A DNA stretch of 63,111 nucleotides, the filler included. It is 7 parts of 7 records of this genome, joined end to end, with 100 filler letters (N's around TTAATTAATTAA, not from the genome) between each part and the next. Parts side by side here need not be neighbours in the genome. Positions count along the whole stretch, not along the records: positions 1 to 23,699 come from SRR31147125_69597; positions 23,800 to 31,821 come from SRR31147125_69731; 5 more parts are not named here. One strand, written 5' to 3'. The stretch's first letter is position 1; each line of letters begins with the position of its first letter. This document shows positions 19,303 to 29,030 of this stretch, piece after piece. The position numbers were made by a program, and so were the translations under genes. The notes under the pieces are model-generated. The model ran no database searches and was not told the origin of the DNA. It saw only the letters and a list, made by a program, of their open reading frames with translations.

Positions 19303-19921
19303 ATCTGCTCCGGGATCGTGGTGTTGTAGGTTCCGGCACGGAAACTGCCGGTGTTCCACTCGATTGTGTGCAGCCGGTTTTTTCGATCAGTTTCGGTTCG
19401 GAAGGAAGGAAGGATCGGTTCTCAATTGCATAGATCACTGATTTGATGATCCCCTGATGGCTGACGATCAGGATATGTTCGCCGGAATATGAAGCCGCGA
19501 GTCGTTTCAACGCGCTGCAGGCGCGGTCACGGACACTGAACCGGCTCTCCCCGGCCGGTGGTTGGAATTCCCAGCCCTCCCGTTCGAGTGCCTCCAGGCC
19601 GTCACGGTAGGTGGTTCGTATATCCTCGAACGTCAACCCTTCCCACTCTCCCCAGTCCTGTTCCTGCAGGTCGGCGACCGTTTCAACAGCGAGGCCCAGT
19701 TGTTCGTTGATGAGGCGGGCCGACTCCCGGGCACGGGGAGACGGGCTGCATACGATGCGGTTCCATGACCAGCACGGTGACTTCAGGAACATGCCCCAGC
19801 GCCGATGGGTATCTATCCCGTGGGCGGTGAGTGGTGAGTCCAGCCGGCCCTGGATCCGATTCTGCCGGTTCCAGAGTGTTTCAGCATGCCTGATCAGGCC
19901 GAAAGTGGTTGTTGTAGCCAT
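19299..19921 (-). CDS. Histidine phosphatase (phosphoglycerate mutase-like) family protein; probable single-base indel near 19380
   Basis: RHAET, QGRLDSPLT, EQDWGEWEG, VSHQG; adding one A gives a stop overlapping the next GTG start. Confidence 0.88.
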
Positions 19922-19935
19922 AGGCGGGTAGTGTA

Positions 19936-21201
19936 TCACAAATGAACGGATCTGCCGAATGCAGGATTGGCATCGATGAACAACCGGGCCAGATCGACGA
20001 TGAGTTTGCGGTTGTCGAATCGCTCGGCAACACAGGCTTTGCCGTTTTCGATTACACGACGGCGCAGCTCTGTATCGGTGAGTATCCGCTGCAGCGCGTC
20101 TGCCAGGGCCTCGGGGTTTTTCTGATCGACCGTCAGACCCGTGGTACCGTCATCGAGAATCTCTGGAATTGCTGATACGTTGGTCGATACCACCGGTACC
20201 CCCATCGCGAGGCTTTCGACGATGACGTTGGGAATTCCGTCCCGGTCGCCGTTGTCGGTTATCTCACAGCCGAGAACGAAACAGTCGCTCCGGCGGAACT
20301 GATCGAGGACCTTGTCGTGGGGCAGGGTACCCAGCCATTGACACTGATTTTCCAGGTTCAGTTCCGCTATCAGCGCAAGGATTTCGTCGCGGTCGTCGCC
20401 GTCGCCGATCAGGCCGTGGGTGAATTCGACACCCCGGTCCGCAAGTTGACGCAGTGCGCGATATACCGTCGGCAGTCCTTTTTTCTTGATGATGCGGGCA
20501 ACACTCAGGAGCGAATAGGGCGTCCGGGGGGCGATTCGCGGCGTCGAATTGTTGAAGAGGCCGAGGTCGATGCCGTGGTAGTTGCAATGCACCTGGGTGT
20601 CTCTGGACGTCAGCTGTTTCAGGAAGACTGCGTTGTGGCCGGTGCAGGTTGACACGAACGTCGCCCGGTCCAGCTTTTCCCGGAGCTGGTCGGGGTGTGA
20701 TGTATAGATATCCTTGGCATGGGCCGAGAAACTGAACGGCAACCCCGAGAGCATCGAACTGAACATCGTCACTGAGGTGGGGGAGTGAGCGAAATGGCCG
20801 TGCAGCTGACAAATTGTCGGGTCATGGGCCAGGTGGGTGTTGGTCAGGTAACCTGCCTGGAAGAGGTGCTTGAACGTTGCGATTTTCAATGTCCGCCGGT
20901 ACCTGCGGGAGGCTTCTTTCAAAGCCGGCCGGTAGCGATCCGGATGCTTTACCGCGCAGAATATGTTGGGAACGATAAGCCGCGGAAAATCGAGCAGCAG
21001 ATCGGTTGGCAGGTAGTCGACCTTTGCCCTGATCTGTTTGACCGAGTCGTGGCAGAAATTTTCTCTTCCCCTGCGCATCGGAAACAACCGCATCGTGAAC
21101 CCGAGCTTTTCAAGCAGCAGGATTTCGTTTGAAATAAAGGTCTCCGAGATTCGCGGAAAACCTTTGAGAATATATGCCAGTGTCGGTGGAGAACTGCTCA
21201 T
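19936..21201 (-). CDS. GT4 glycosyltransferase (WcaL-like)
   Basis: KGFPRISETFI, HGHFAH, AHAKDIY, KKG, RDGIPNVIVESLAMG. Confidence 0.92.
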   Translation of the reverse strand: MSSSPPTLAYILKGFPRISETFISNEILLLEKLGFTMRLFPMRRGRENFCHDSVKQIRAKVDYLPTDLLLDFPRLIVPNIFCAVKHPDRYRPALKEASRRYRRTLKIATFKHLFQAGYLTNTHLAHDPTICQLHGHFAHSPTSVTMFSSMLSGLPFSFSAHAKDIYTSHPDQLREKLDRATFVSTCTGHNAVFLKQLTSRDTQVHCNYHGIDLGLFNNSTPRIAPRTPYSLLSVARIIKKKGLPTVYRALRQLADRGVEFTHGLIGDGDDRDEILALIAELNLENQCQWLGTLPHDKVLDQFRRSDCFVLGCEITDNGDRDGIPNVIVESLAMGVPVVSTNVSAIPEILDDGTTGLTVDQKNPEALADALQRILTDTELRRRVIENGKACVAERFDNRKLIVDLARLFIDANPAFGRSVHL

Positions 21202-21232
21202 GTGCGTTAGCTGGTGAGAGGTTATCTGGGGG

Positions 21233-22444
21233 TTAGTCAGGTGGTTGTTCCTGATTTTTCCGGGTTCTGAAGTATTTGAGGCGTTCGAGCATGGTGGCGA
21301 GTCCGGTCAGCTTGAAGTCCGCCATGGCCCGGATATAGTCGTCCGAGCTGTCGAGGATCGAGAAGATTTTCTCGCGCAGCGTCTGTGAGGAGACGTCCTG
21401 CCAGCCGATATAATCGATCAATCCTTTGTCCTTGAGACGTTCGGCCCTAATCAACTGCTCCGTGCGAGGGGTCTCCCGTGGGATGATCAGCGCGGGGGTC
21501 TGCTGGGTCAGGATTTCGCAGATGGTATTGTATCCCCCCATCGAAATCACCAGGTCGGCGGCCTGAATCAGTTCCTCGAGTCGGGGATGAAACGGCAGGG
21601 TCTTGATTCCATAGATCTTGGCTCGTTTCCTGATTGCTTCTCGCTCCCTCTTTGGCATGAACGGACCGGTGATGATCAGACTTTTCAAGGGCAGAGAGGT
21701 TGGGAAATAGTCGTGCATCGACACGAAATGATCGAGCACGTCGTACCCGTCGCCGCCGCCGCCGGTCGTGACCAGTACGAATGTATCTTTGGACAGCGCC
21801 CGGTAGCGTCGCCGCGTTTTTTTCCTGACTCTGTTTGATTTCTTTTTCCTCGGGATATAACCGGTGAAAACAACTCGATCATCAAGTGATGCAGGGAACT
21901 CGTAGAGTGATACGGGGTCGAAGATAGCTCTGTTGCCGTACACCCAGATCTCGTCGTACAGCTCTTCGAGGTAACCGTAGATGTTTCTTTCCTGCCAGTC
22001 GCTGGTGATTGTCGTGGGGGCGTCGAGGATGTCGCGGAGGCCCAGTATGGTCTTCGTCTGCGGCGTGTGTTCCTTCATCCACTCAAGCGTCGGCAGTACC
22101 TCGCGCTTGAGACCGAGCGGTTCCTTGTCAACGATGAAGAGGTCGGGTTTGAAGGTCTGTGCGGTTGCGAGAATAATGGTAGTTCTGATGTTGAGCGCCT
22201 GCTCGCTGTCGATCTTGATCGACAGCGAGCGGTACTCATCGTTGGTTTTCTTTATCATGCCGGGGATGCGCACGAAGTCAACCTGGCTGGGGAGAGAAAA
22301 ACGACCGGCAATTGGCGATCCGGTGAGGATCAGGATGTTGGTGTTGGTGCCGCGCAAATGGTTGGCAATGGCCATGGTTCGCCGGATGTGACCGAGTCCG
22401 TACGTGTCATGGGAGTACATCAATATGTTGAAAGGAGCGCTCAT
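21233..22444 (-). CDS. GT-B glycosyltransferase, COG4671 type
   Basis: YSHDTYGLGHIRR, GGGGDG, ISMGGYNT, EQLIRA. Confidence 0.9.
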   Translation of the reverse strand: MSAPFNILMYSHDTYGLGHIRRTMAIANHLRGTNTNILILTGSPIAGRFSLPSQVDFVRIPGMIKKTNDEYRSLSIKIDSEQALNIRTTIILATAQTFKPDLFIVDKEPLGLKREVLPTLEWMKEHTPQTKTILGLRDILDAPTTITSDWQERNIYGYLEELYDEIWVYGNRAIFDPVSLYEFPASLDDRVVFTGYIPRKKKSNRVRKKTRRRYRALSKDTFVLVTTGGGGDGYDVLDHFVSMHDYFPTSLPLKSLIITGPFMPKREREAIRKRAKIYGIKTLPFHPRLEELIQAADLVISMGGYNTICEILTQQTPALIIPRETPRTEQLIRAERLKDKGLIDYIGWQDVSSQTLREKIFSILDSSDDYIRAMADFKLTGLATMLERLKYFRTRKNQEQPPD

Positions 22445-22570
22445 TTGCCACTGTCTCGGAATCGGTCAGGTTCTGGCTTTTACCAGGGGAAATGAGGCAC
22501 TATTATTCTACCCCATGAGTAAAGTCAAGGGAACCTTGAATTATTACAGGTACTCTCAAACTCTCTGAAG

Positions 22571-22603
22571 AAAAAGCCCCGCAGCCGTCAGGCTGCAGGG
22601 CTT
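22571..22603 (-). terminator. Rho-independent terminator after the outer-membrane protein gene
   Basis: Minus strand: AAGCCCTGCAGCC-TGAC-GGCTGCGGGGC-TTTTT hairpin plus U tract. Confidence 0.8.
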
Positions 22604-22632
22604 CGCAGATAGGATGTCAGGATTGAATCCGG

Positions 22633-23202
22633 CTAGAAACTGAGTGTCAGCTGATTGCTGATCATGATGATCGAGTCGACCTCGGAGTAGGTGTCGACCT
22701 TCTGGAATATGTCGCCGGTGTCCATGTACCCGAAGTGCACCTCGTATGCCAGGGAATTGAAGAAACTGTAGACAACGCCGATATTCGCTTCCCAGCTTGA
22801 CTGCAGATCTTCTGTGGCGCCGGAGTCCCAGGCTACACTCGTCACGCCGATTGCGCCGTGAAAGGCCAGGTTGGGAGTGGGCAGATACTCGGCTGCAATG
22901 GCAAACCCGTGCGGTGCGGCACCGGTGACTTGCGATGTGAATGAACTTGCGAACGGATCTTCACCAAACAGATCGGTCGCGCTGCTCGTAATCATCAGCG
23001 GCTTGAACCGCGACGTCTCGAACAGCAGGCCACTGTCTGACTCTGAAACGGCATCGACGTCGAAACTGTATCCGGTAATGGTATATTCACCGTTCTGATT
23101 GAGATCTCCGGCCTGTATCTCAGATACGCCGAGAACACTCGCCAGGATCACGATCAGCCCAACTGCCTGGTATATGTTTTGTGCCCTCATGAAGTAATGC
23201 AA
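22633..23202 (-). CDS. Outer-membrane beta-barrel/porin-like protein
   Basis: Signal peptide, amphipathic beta strands, GYMDTGD, C-terminal LTLSF. Confidence 0.65.
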   Translation of the reverse strand: MHYFMRAQNIYQAVGLIVILASVLGVSEIQAGDLNQNGEYTITGYSFDVDAVSESDSGLLFETSRFKPLMITSSATDLFGEDPFASSFTSQVTGAAPHGFAIAAEYLPTPNLAFHGAIGVTSVAWDSGATEDLQSSWEANIGVVYSFFNSLAYEVHFGYMDTGDIFQKVDTYSEVDSIIMISNQLTLSF

Positions 23203-23501
23203 TATTGTGATAAAAAATCTTTTAATAACAGTACGCTAAGTTCTTTCATGGCAGAGATGTCTATCTTGGATATCAATCGCAAGGCCGGTACAAAAATTTA
23301 TACTTATTGTAATAATCATGTTTTTCGGGACAAATGTCAAGTGAATATTCGGCGAAAATCAGGTTTGATTTGTCTTTTCCGGTCGGTGGATTTCTTGCGG
23401 CCCTCCGATGAATGGTTTATTAATAACGGATTGTTTTCACCGAGGCTCCATTCACTGCGCCATAAATTCTCTAATACTCGTACCTAAAAGTTGGTGACAC
23501 T

Positions 23502-23699
23502 ATGCGTTTGATACTCCCGTTCATCATAGGCCTGGCTGCCTTGCTGCAGATCCACCAGGCATATTCATCCGAAACAGTCGAGGATGTTTCCGTTGTTCTG
23601 CTGCCCCTCGAGGTCAGCCAGGAAGGAAGCTACGCGTATCTGAACCGGGTCATCGACCAGATGTTGTTGTCCAGGCTGTCCGGGACCGCGGGGCTCAGG
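23502..23699 (+). CDS. Secreted protein N-terminus (truncated at contig end)
   Basis: Signal peptide then VVLLPL..YL..IDQMLLSRL. Confidence 0.6.
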
Positions 23700-23799
23700 N
23701 NNNNNNNNNNNNNNNNNNNNNNNNNNNNNNNNNNNNNNNNNNNTTAATTAATTAANNNNNNNNNNNNNNNNNNNNNNNNNNNNNNNNNNNNNNNNNNNN
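23700..23799. other. Artificial contig linker
   Basis: 44 N + TTAATTAATTAA + 44 N. Confidence 0.99.
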
Positions 23800-23906
23800 C
23801 GGTTTACGCAGACTTTCATATAAAAAAAACTGGCTGCTTCAAATTCCCCAGCTTCTATGTTTTGTTGTGTCAGGTGCCCGGCATGATAGTTACATATGAT
23901 TCACGT

Positions 23907-24860
23907 TCATGCTTCCGTTTTCTGATTGATTGCATATATTGATACGGCAAGTATCACAATAATTCCGTATACCATACGTGTCCATAGACCGGAGATGCCG
24001 GAGCTGATGATTCCCGCTTCGATTATGCCGATTATTATTGCACCGATAAATGTTCCATAAATCGATCCAATGCCCCCGAAAACAGAAGTACCGCCAATAA
24101 AGACCGACGCAAAAACCAAAAGCATGTAGCCTTCACCTTGCGTCGGCCACCAACTGTTCATTTCAAGACAGACCAATACACCGGTTAGCGCACTGAAAAA
24201 TCCCATGAGGATAAAAACAAGTATTCTTGTTTGATTGACGCGAATTCCCAATGCTTTTGCTGCTTCTCGATTGTCACCGACAAACCGCAGGTTATCTCCA
24301 AAAGGATAGCAGTTTAAGATCAGCCACAACATGCCTGCTATCGATACCATCCAGACGGCCTGGGCCGGAACCACCTCTGCAATCCTGCCCGTAAAGAGCG
24401 TCTGAATCGATGTATTTCTGATATCCACCAGACTTTTGGCAAGCCCTCCGGAAACGAGAACGGTGGCACCGCGCCAGAAAAACTGAGTGCCGATTGTAGC
24501 GATAATGGACGGCACACGGATTTTTACGACAATCAATCCGTTTAATAGTCCCGCCGAAATTCCGGTCAAAAGGGCTGCGGTCAGTGACAACGCCGAAGAA
24601 CCGGTAGAAAGAAATACAGTTGAGAATACAAATCCTCCAGTTGCCATAACCGCGGGAAATGACATATCGATCTCCCCCGAGACAATCACAAGCGTCATAC
24701 CCAATGCCATAATGGCTGTAAAAGGAATAGTCGACATGTATGCGATATAAATACGGGCGGATAGAAATGTGGCGGGTGCGAGACAGACAAAAAGGGCCAG
24801 CAATGCAGCCAGAATCAGTGTTATAAAAAACTGTGGCCGATACTTTATATGCATTCCCAT
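23907..24860 (-). CDS. Sugar ABC transporter permease (RbsC-like)
   Basis: GEIDMS, PSIIATIG, VGDNREAAKALGI, IGGTSVFGG. Confidence 0.92.
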   Translation of the reverse strand: MGMHIKYRPQFFITLILAALLALFVCLAPATFLSARIYIAYMSTIPFTAIMALGMTLVIVSGEIDMSFPAVMATGGFVFSTVFLSTGSSALSLTAALLTGISAGLLNGLIVVKIRVPSIIATIGTQFFWRGATVLVSGGLAKSLVDIRNTSIQTLFTGRIAEVVPAQAVWMVSIAGMLWLILNCYPFGDNLRFVGDNREAAKALGIRVNQTRILVFILMGFFSALTGVLVCLEMNSWWPTQGEGYMLLVFASVFIGGTSVFGGIGSIYGTFIGAIIIGIIEAGIISSGISGLWTRMVYGIIVILAVSIYAINQKTEA

Positions 24861-24934
24861 GGTAGACCACTCCCCCTAACAAGGACTAAAACACCTAGAA
24901 CCGGAATTCATGATTTTTTCAGATAATAATTCCC

Positions 24935-25696
24935 TCATAGGGGTTGAGCGGATATTGTCATCAGCTTTTGGGTCAGGGACTCCGGACTGATCTCTGTTTT
25001 TAAAATATTGTCGGCAATGGTTCCCTGGTGTACCAGTACAAAACGGTCTGACACCTCATATGTCTGGGCCAGATTGTGGGAGATCATGATGACGCTCTTT
25101 TTCTTTTGCTTGAGCCTTTGAATAAACGAGAGCACTTTTTTGACTTCATTGACGGCAAGAGCGGTGCAGGGTTCATCCAGAATGACAATATCTGCATTGA
25201 AATATACGGCTCGGCCAATGGCAAGCCCCTGGCGCTCACCGCCGGACAACATGGAAACCGGGATGTCGGCATGGATGCCGACACCTGTAAGCCCCATAAA
25301 CTCTTTTAACAGTGACAACGCCGCCTCTTTTTCTTCATTTTTTTTAATCATGCCCCAACGGTTGGTCATATGGCGTCCCATGAAAAGGTTTCGCCATACC
25401 GGTTGCTTATCACCCAGGGCACGGTCCTGGTGGACTGTCTCAATGCCCAGCGCCCGCGCCCGTGGCACAGAATAGTCATTCAAGTTGATCCGGCGGTTCT
25501 TAATGGTCAGACTGCCGCTGTCGGCCTGCAGGACCCCGGCGATGATTTTAACCAGAGTCGATTTTCCGGCTCCATTGTCCCCGATAATCCCGAGCACTTC
25601 ATTGGGCATGAGCTCAAGGCCTATGTTGTCAAGAGCGGTCACCTGACCAAATTTTTTGTTGATATGCTCCAGTTTTATCAAGGGGGCCATGTTCAT
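24935..25696 (-). CDS. Sugar ABC transporter ATP-binding protein
   Basis: GDNGAGKST, LSGGERQ, ILDEP. Confidence 0.93.
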   Translation of the reverse strand: MNMAPLIKLEHINKKFGQVTALDNIGLELMPNEVLGIIGDNGAGKSTLVKIIAGVLQADSGSLTIKNRRINLNDYSVPRARALGIETVHQDRALGDKQPVWRNLFMGRHMTNRWGMIKKNEEKEAALSLLKEFMGLTGVGIHADIPVSMLSGGERQGLAIGRAVYFNADIVILDEPCTALAVNEVKKVLSFIQRLKQKKKSVIMISHNLAQTYEVSDRFVLVHQGTIADNILKTEISPESLTQKLMTISAQPL

Positions 25697-25727
25697 CACG
25701 ATGCCTTCCGGAAAATTCGACGATGGA

Positions 25728-26714
25728 TCATCTAAACCCTTTTTCAGCAAGTGGTCTGATTAAGGAAAGATTTCTCTGATCGACAAATCCCCCTCCCGTA
25801 TCAATCGTCAATCCTGAAAATCCGTATTTTTCGCTCAGAGCAATCTGAAGGACACTGAAATACCCCAGCAGAAATGGTTGCGCGTCGCCCACAAGATCAA
25901 CGTATCCATCTTCAATGGCGGCGGCTGTGGCAGGGCTTAGACTGAACCCGGCAACATTGATCTGATCCGGCGAAAGACCTGCGGACCGGAGAAAATTCCC
26001 CATCTGAGCAGTCAATGCGCCATGATCGACGATCATCAGTTTACAGTCCGGATGGGAGGAGATGTACCCGGTCAATACCGGTGTGCCCAGGGACGAATCT
26101 TTGTCTATTTCCGGGGATATTTCAAGGTAATCTACAATGATCCCTTTATCTTCGAGGGTTTCAATAATCCCAATCGCCCTGCGGCCTCTGGTGGGGAGCC
26201 GTTTCAATCCCCACACAAATGCACGATCACCCTTTTTCATTTTGAAACGCCGAATGGCTTCCCCGGCCATACTCTTTCCCTGGATATAATTGTCAGGCCC
26301 GATATATCCAAACCCCTGTGACTGGTATTTTGCATAATTCTGCGGCAGCGGCGTATCCACGCTGGTCACAATAATCCCGTTTGATCTGGCTTCGTCAATA
26401 AAGGGCGTATAGGCGGCATCACCCGGATGTCCCATGATCACAATTCCGGTCGGTTTTGCCGCCAGGGCTTTTTTAAAATTTCCAATCATCTTTTCGGACT
26501 GCCAGTCAGAGTAGAGAAACGTAATCTTTGCACCAATATCCTCAGCAGCGGCCTTTGCACCATTATAAACGATGGTATTGTATGTCCCGCCTACGGGGCC
26601 GCCTGTATCGAACCAGATGTCGATTCCGTCGCCGGTCTGTGTGGTTGAACCGGCCATGGCAGCCCCGGCGCCGACCATGGCAAATACAATCAGTGCCGTT
26701 AACACTTTTCTCAT
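25728..26714 (-). CDS. Sugar ABC transporter substrate-binding protein
   Basis: Signal peptide; class I periplasmic binding protein pattern (NGAKAAA, PTGIVI, YIGPDNY, QPFLLGY). Confidence 0.88.
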   Translation of the reverse strand: MRKVLTALIVFAMVGAGAAMAGSTTQTGDGIDIWFDTGGPVGGTYNTIVYNGAKAAAEDIGAKITFLYSDWQSEKMIGNFKKALAAKPTGIVIMGHPGDAAYTPFIDEARSNGIIVTSVDTPLPQNYAKYQSQGFGYIGPDNYIQGKSMAGEAIRRFKMKKGDRAFVWGLKRLPTRGRRAIGIIETLEDKGIIVDYLEISPEIDKDSSLGTPVLTGYISSHPDCKLMIVDHGALTAQMGNFLRSAGLSPDQINVAGFSLSPATAAAIEDGYVDLVGDAQPFLLGYFSVLQIALSEKYGFSGLTIDTGGGFVDQRNLSLIRPLAEKGFR

Positions 26715-26939
26715 TTGTCTCTCCTTCTTAAATTTCAATTGAGTTGAAACTCCATCTGCTAAGGAATCGGGTTTAAAATCCGTTGCCCATTTGTGCGTTC
26801 AGGTGGTTATTTCCGATTTTCGTGCTGTTTTGTAAAAGAATCGGACACCCCTCTGATTCTTCCCGGCGTGTCCGGATTAGGGGACAAATTATTAATCTGT
26901 CCCCGTCCCCGAAATGGAAACGTCATTTCGGACTCATTC

Positions 26940-28079
26940 CTAGATCATTTCAAGAAAAGCTTCGATTCTCACTCTGAGCTGTTCCGTATCGGATTCCGAG
27001 TAATCTGTTTCAATATGCAGATAAGGAAGGGAAAAGCGCTCAGATACAAATTTCTGGATGTGATGGGCTTCGACATTGTAGGTGTGGCATGCCTGCCAGG
27101 TGAGATCCACAACTCCGTCAACAGCAAATTCGGTAATCAGCTCTTCAAGAAGGTCAAGTCGCCCCTGATTGGGACTCATAACCGAGCAGGGGATGGAGAG
27201 ATATTGTTCGGCAAGGGCTGTCCACGGATCTTTTGTTTCATCCACCTGAAAGGCCTTTTTATATCCGCTGCAGTTTTCAAACGCCACGACATTGGCACCG
27301 GACTCTTCGATGATTTTGATCACCTTGTCCGACCCAAGCCCCACAGGGACTCCGGTCATCAGGATCCTCGGCGTTTTATCCGTAAACGGACTTTCACCGG
27401 CTTTACCCATGGCTTCACAGGCATCGGCAACCTCATTCATCAGTGAAATCCCCTTTTCCTTGTCTGCAAAGAAACCGGTTTTAAAAAGAATTTCAATGAG
27501 TTCCATACCGGTAAGGGGAGAGGGAACAGCCTTGGTCACGTCCATCACTCTTTTCAGCGCCAGGCGTTCTCTGTTCATCAGCCGGATCGCCTGACCGATT
27601 TTCTCTTCCGTGATCTTCTTATCGGTCAGTCTTTCAATCACCTGTTTCAATTGAAGAATTTCATCTTTCCAGGGATCGAGAAACAGATTCATATTTTGCT
27701 GCTGGGGAAGCTGAAGTACGTGAACCGGCTTGATATCCGACATGAGTTCAAACATCTTCTTTTTACCATCGCAGGTGGTGTCGGCGACAATCATGTCGGA
27801 AAATCTAAAAAAGGGACAGGTGTCAGACGCGGCAAACCCATAACTGCTCTTGATCAGGGCGCACAGGTTCCTGGGCAGCACCTCTTCAGCAGCCTCTATG
27901 GGATCGTTCCGGGTACCGCATAACGGTAAGGGTACGGCATCGGCGGCCAATGCAATTTCCGTAGGGGCATAGAGGCAATAAAATCCAATGGCATGGTTGC
28001 CGTTTTTTTTATGGGTTTCAAGATCTATCAGGTTCTGTTCCGTGATCTGCTGCAGTTTTTTGAAAAGGTCGGCTTTCAT
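26940..28079 (-). CDS. Double-cubane cluster-containing anaerobic reductase (HgdB/FldB-related)
   Basis: Cys motifs FYC, RNLCALIKSS, CPFF, TTCDGKKK, ENCSG, PCSVMSPN, CHTYNVE; ETDYS..D.EQLRVRIEAFLE. Confidence 0.85.
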   Translation of the reverse strand: MKADLFKKLQQITEQNLIDLETHKKNGNHAIGFYCLYAPTEIALAADAVPLPLCGTRNDPIEAAEEVLPRNLCALIKSSYGFAASDTCPFFRFSDMIVADTTCDGKKKMFELMSDIKPVHVLQLPQQQNMNLFLDPWKDEILQLKQVIERLTDKKITEEKIGQAIRLMNRERLALKRVMDVTKAVPSPLTGMELIEILFKTGFFADKEKGISLMNEVADACEAMGKAGESPFTDKTPRILMTGVPVGLGSDKVIKIIEESGANVVAFENCSGYKKAFQVDETKDPWTALAEQYLSIPCSVMSPNQGRLDLLEELITEFAVDGVVDLTWQACHTYNVEAHHIQKFVSERFSLPYLHIETDYSESDTEQLRVRIEAFLEMI

Positions 28080-28102
28080 TTTTTGATCCTAAATAAGAGG
28101 GG

Positions 28103-28851
28103 TTAATTGTTGCCGGCAAGCAGTGCGGCACCCACTGCACCGTTCATTTCAGGGGCTTCGGGAACCAGGACCGGTCTTTTGGGGTTGCCTCCCTTAAAAG
28201 CCTCACAACAAAGGCATTGTTGGCGACACCGCCGGTGAACACGATGGGCCCTTTCGGCGACACCCTGTTGAGCATCGATACGGCCCGCTTGACCACAGCT
28301 TTATGAAGCCCTTTTGCAATCTCTTCGGGCCTTTCTCCCCGTGCCACCAAAGAGGTGACTTCGGATTCGGCAAAAACCGTGCACATACTGCTGATATTCA
28401 GCTCTTTTCGGGCGGCTTCCGCGGCATTTCCAAAGGTGTCGATGGTAAACCCGAGAGCGTGGGCCATGATCTCCAAAAATTTTCCGGTACCGGCGGCGCA
28501 CCGGTCATTCATTTCAAACCGGGTGACCCGTCCGCTGTCGTCAAGCCGGATCACTTTACTGTCCTGGCCGCCGATATCGAGAACGGTGGAGGCTTCCGGA
28601 AAGAAGTGAGCAGCCCCTTTTGCATGGGCTTTGATTTCAGTGACCGTCGCAGCATCATGCTCGATTTCAAACAGATTTCTCCCATAGCCGGTGGCAAGAA
28701 TCGAATCAAATGACAGGTTTTCCATCAACATCGTTGCCTGTCCCACCGGATCGAACCCGGTATCTGTTTTTCTTGTTTCTTTGATGATTCCGTCTTCGAG
28801 AACGGCGCATTCAATTGATCTTGATCCGATATCTATGCCTGCACTGATCAT
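28103..28851 (-). CDS. ATP-dependent activase/reductase (HgdC/BcrAD-like, putative DCCP-R); indel near the C-terminus
   Basis: GIDIGS, ATGYGR, DIGGQDSK, MNDRCAAGTG, SSMCTVFAESE; GAVGAALLA tail in a shifted frame. Confidence 0.92.
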
Positions 28852-29030
28852 TATTATTCGCGGCTCCTATGAATTTGTTTTCAAAGTTTCATTCATAATT
28901 GAAGTAAATAGAAATAATCAAATCGATTGTATTGATGCGAAATGGGACATTCGTTGAAAATTCCTATAGGAACGATGCGAAAATGAGAGGCCGCTTTTCA
29001 TCCCCATATGAATATGGTAGAATTTTCTCC

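Noticed and set aside
430-22495. Numerous long antisense or alternate-frame ORFs in the ORF track
   Set aside because: Shadow ORFs of GC-rich genes with no recognisable motifs
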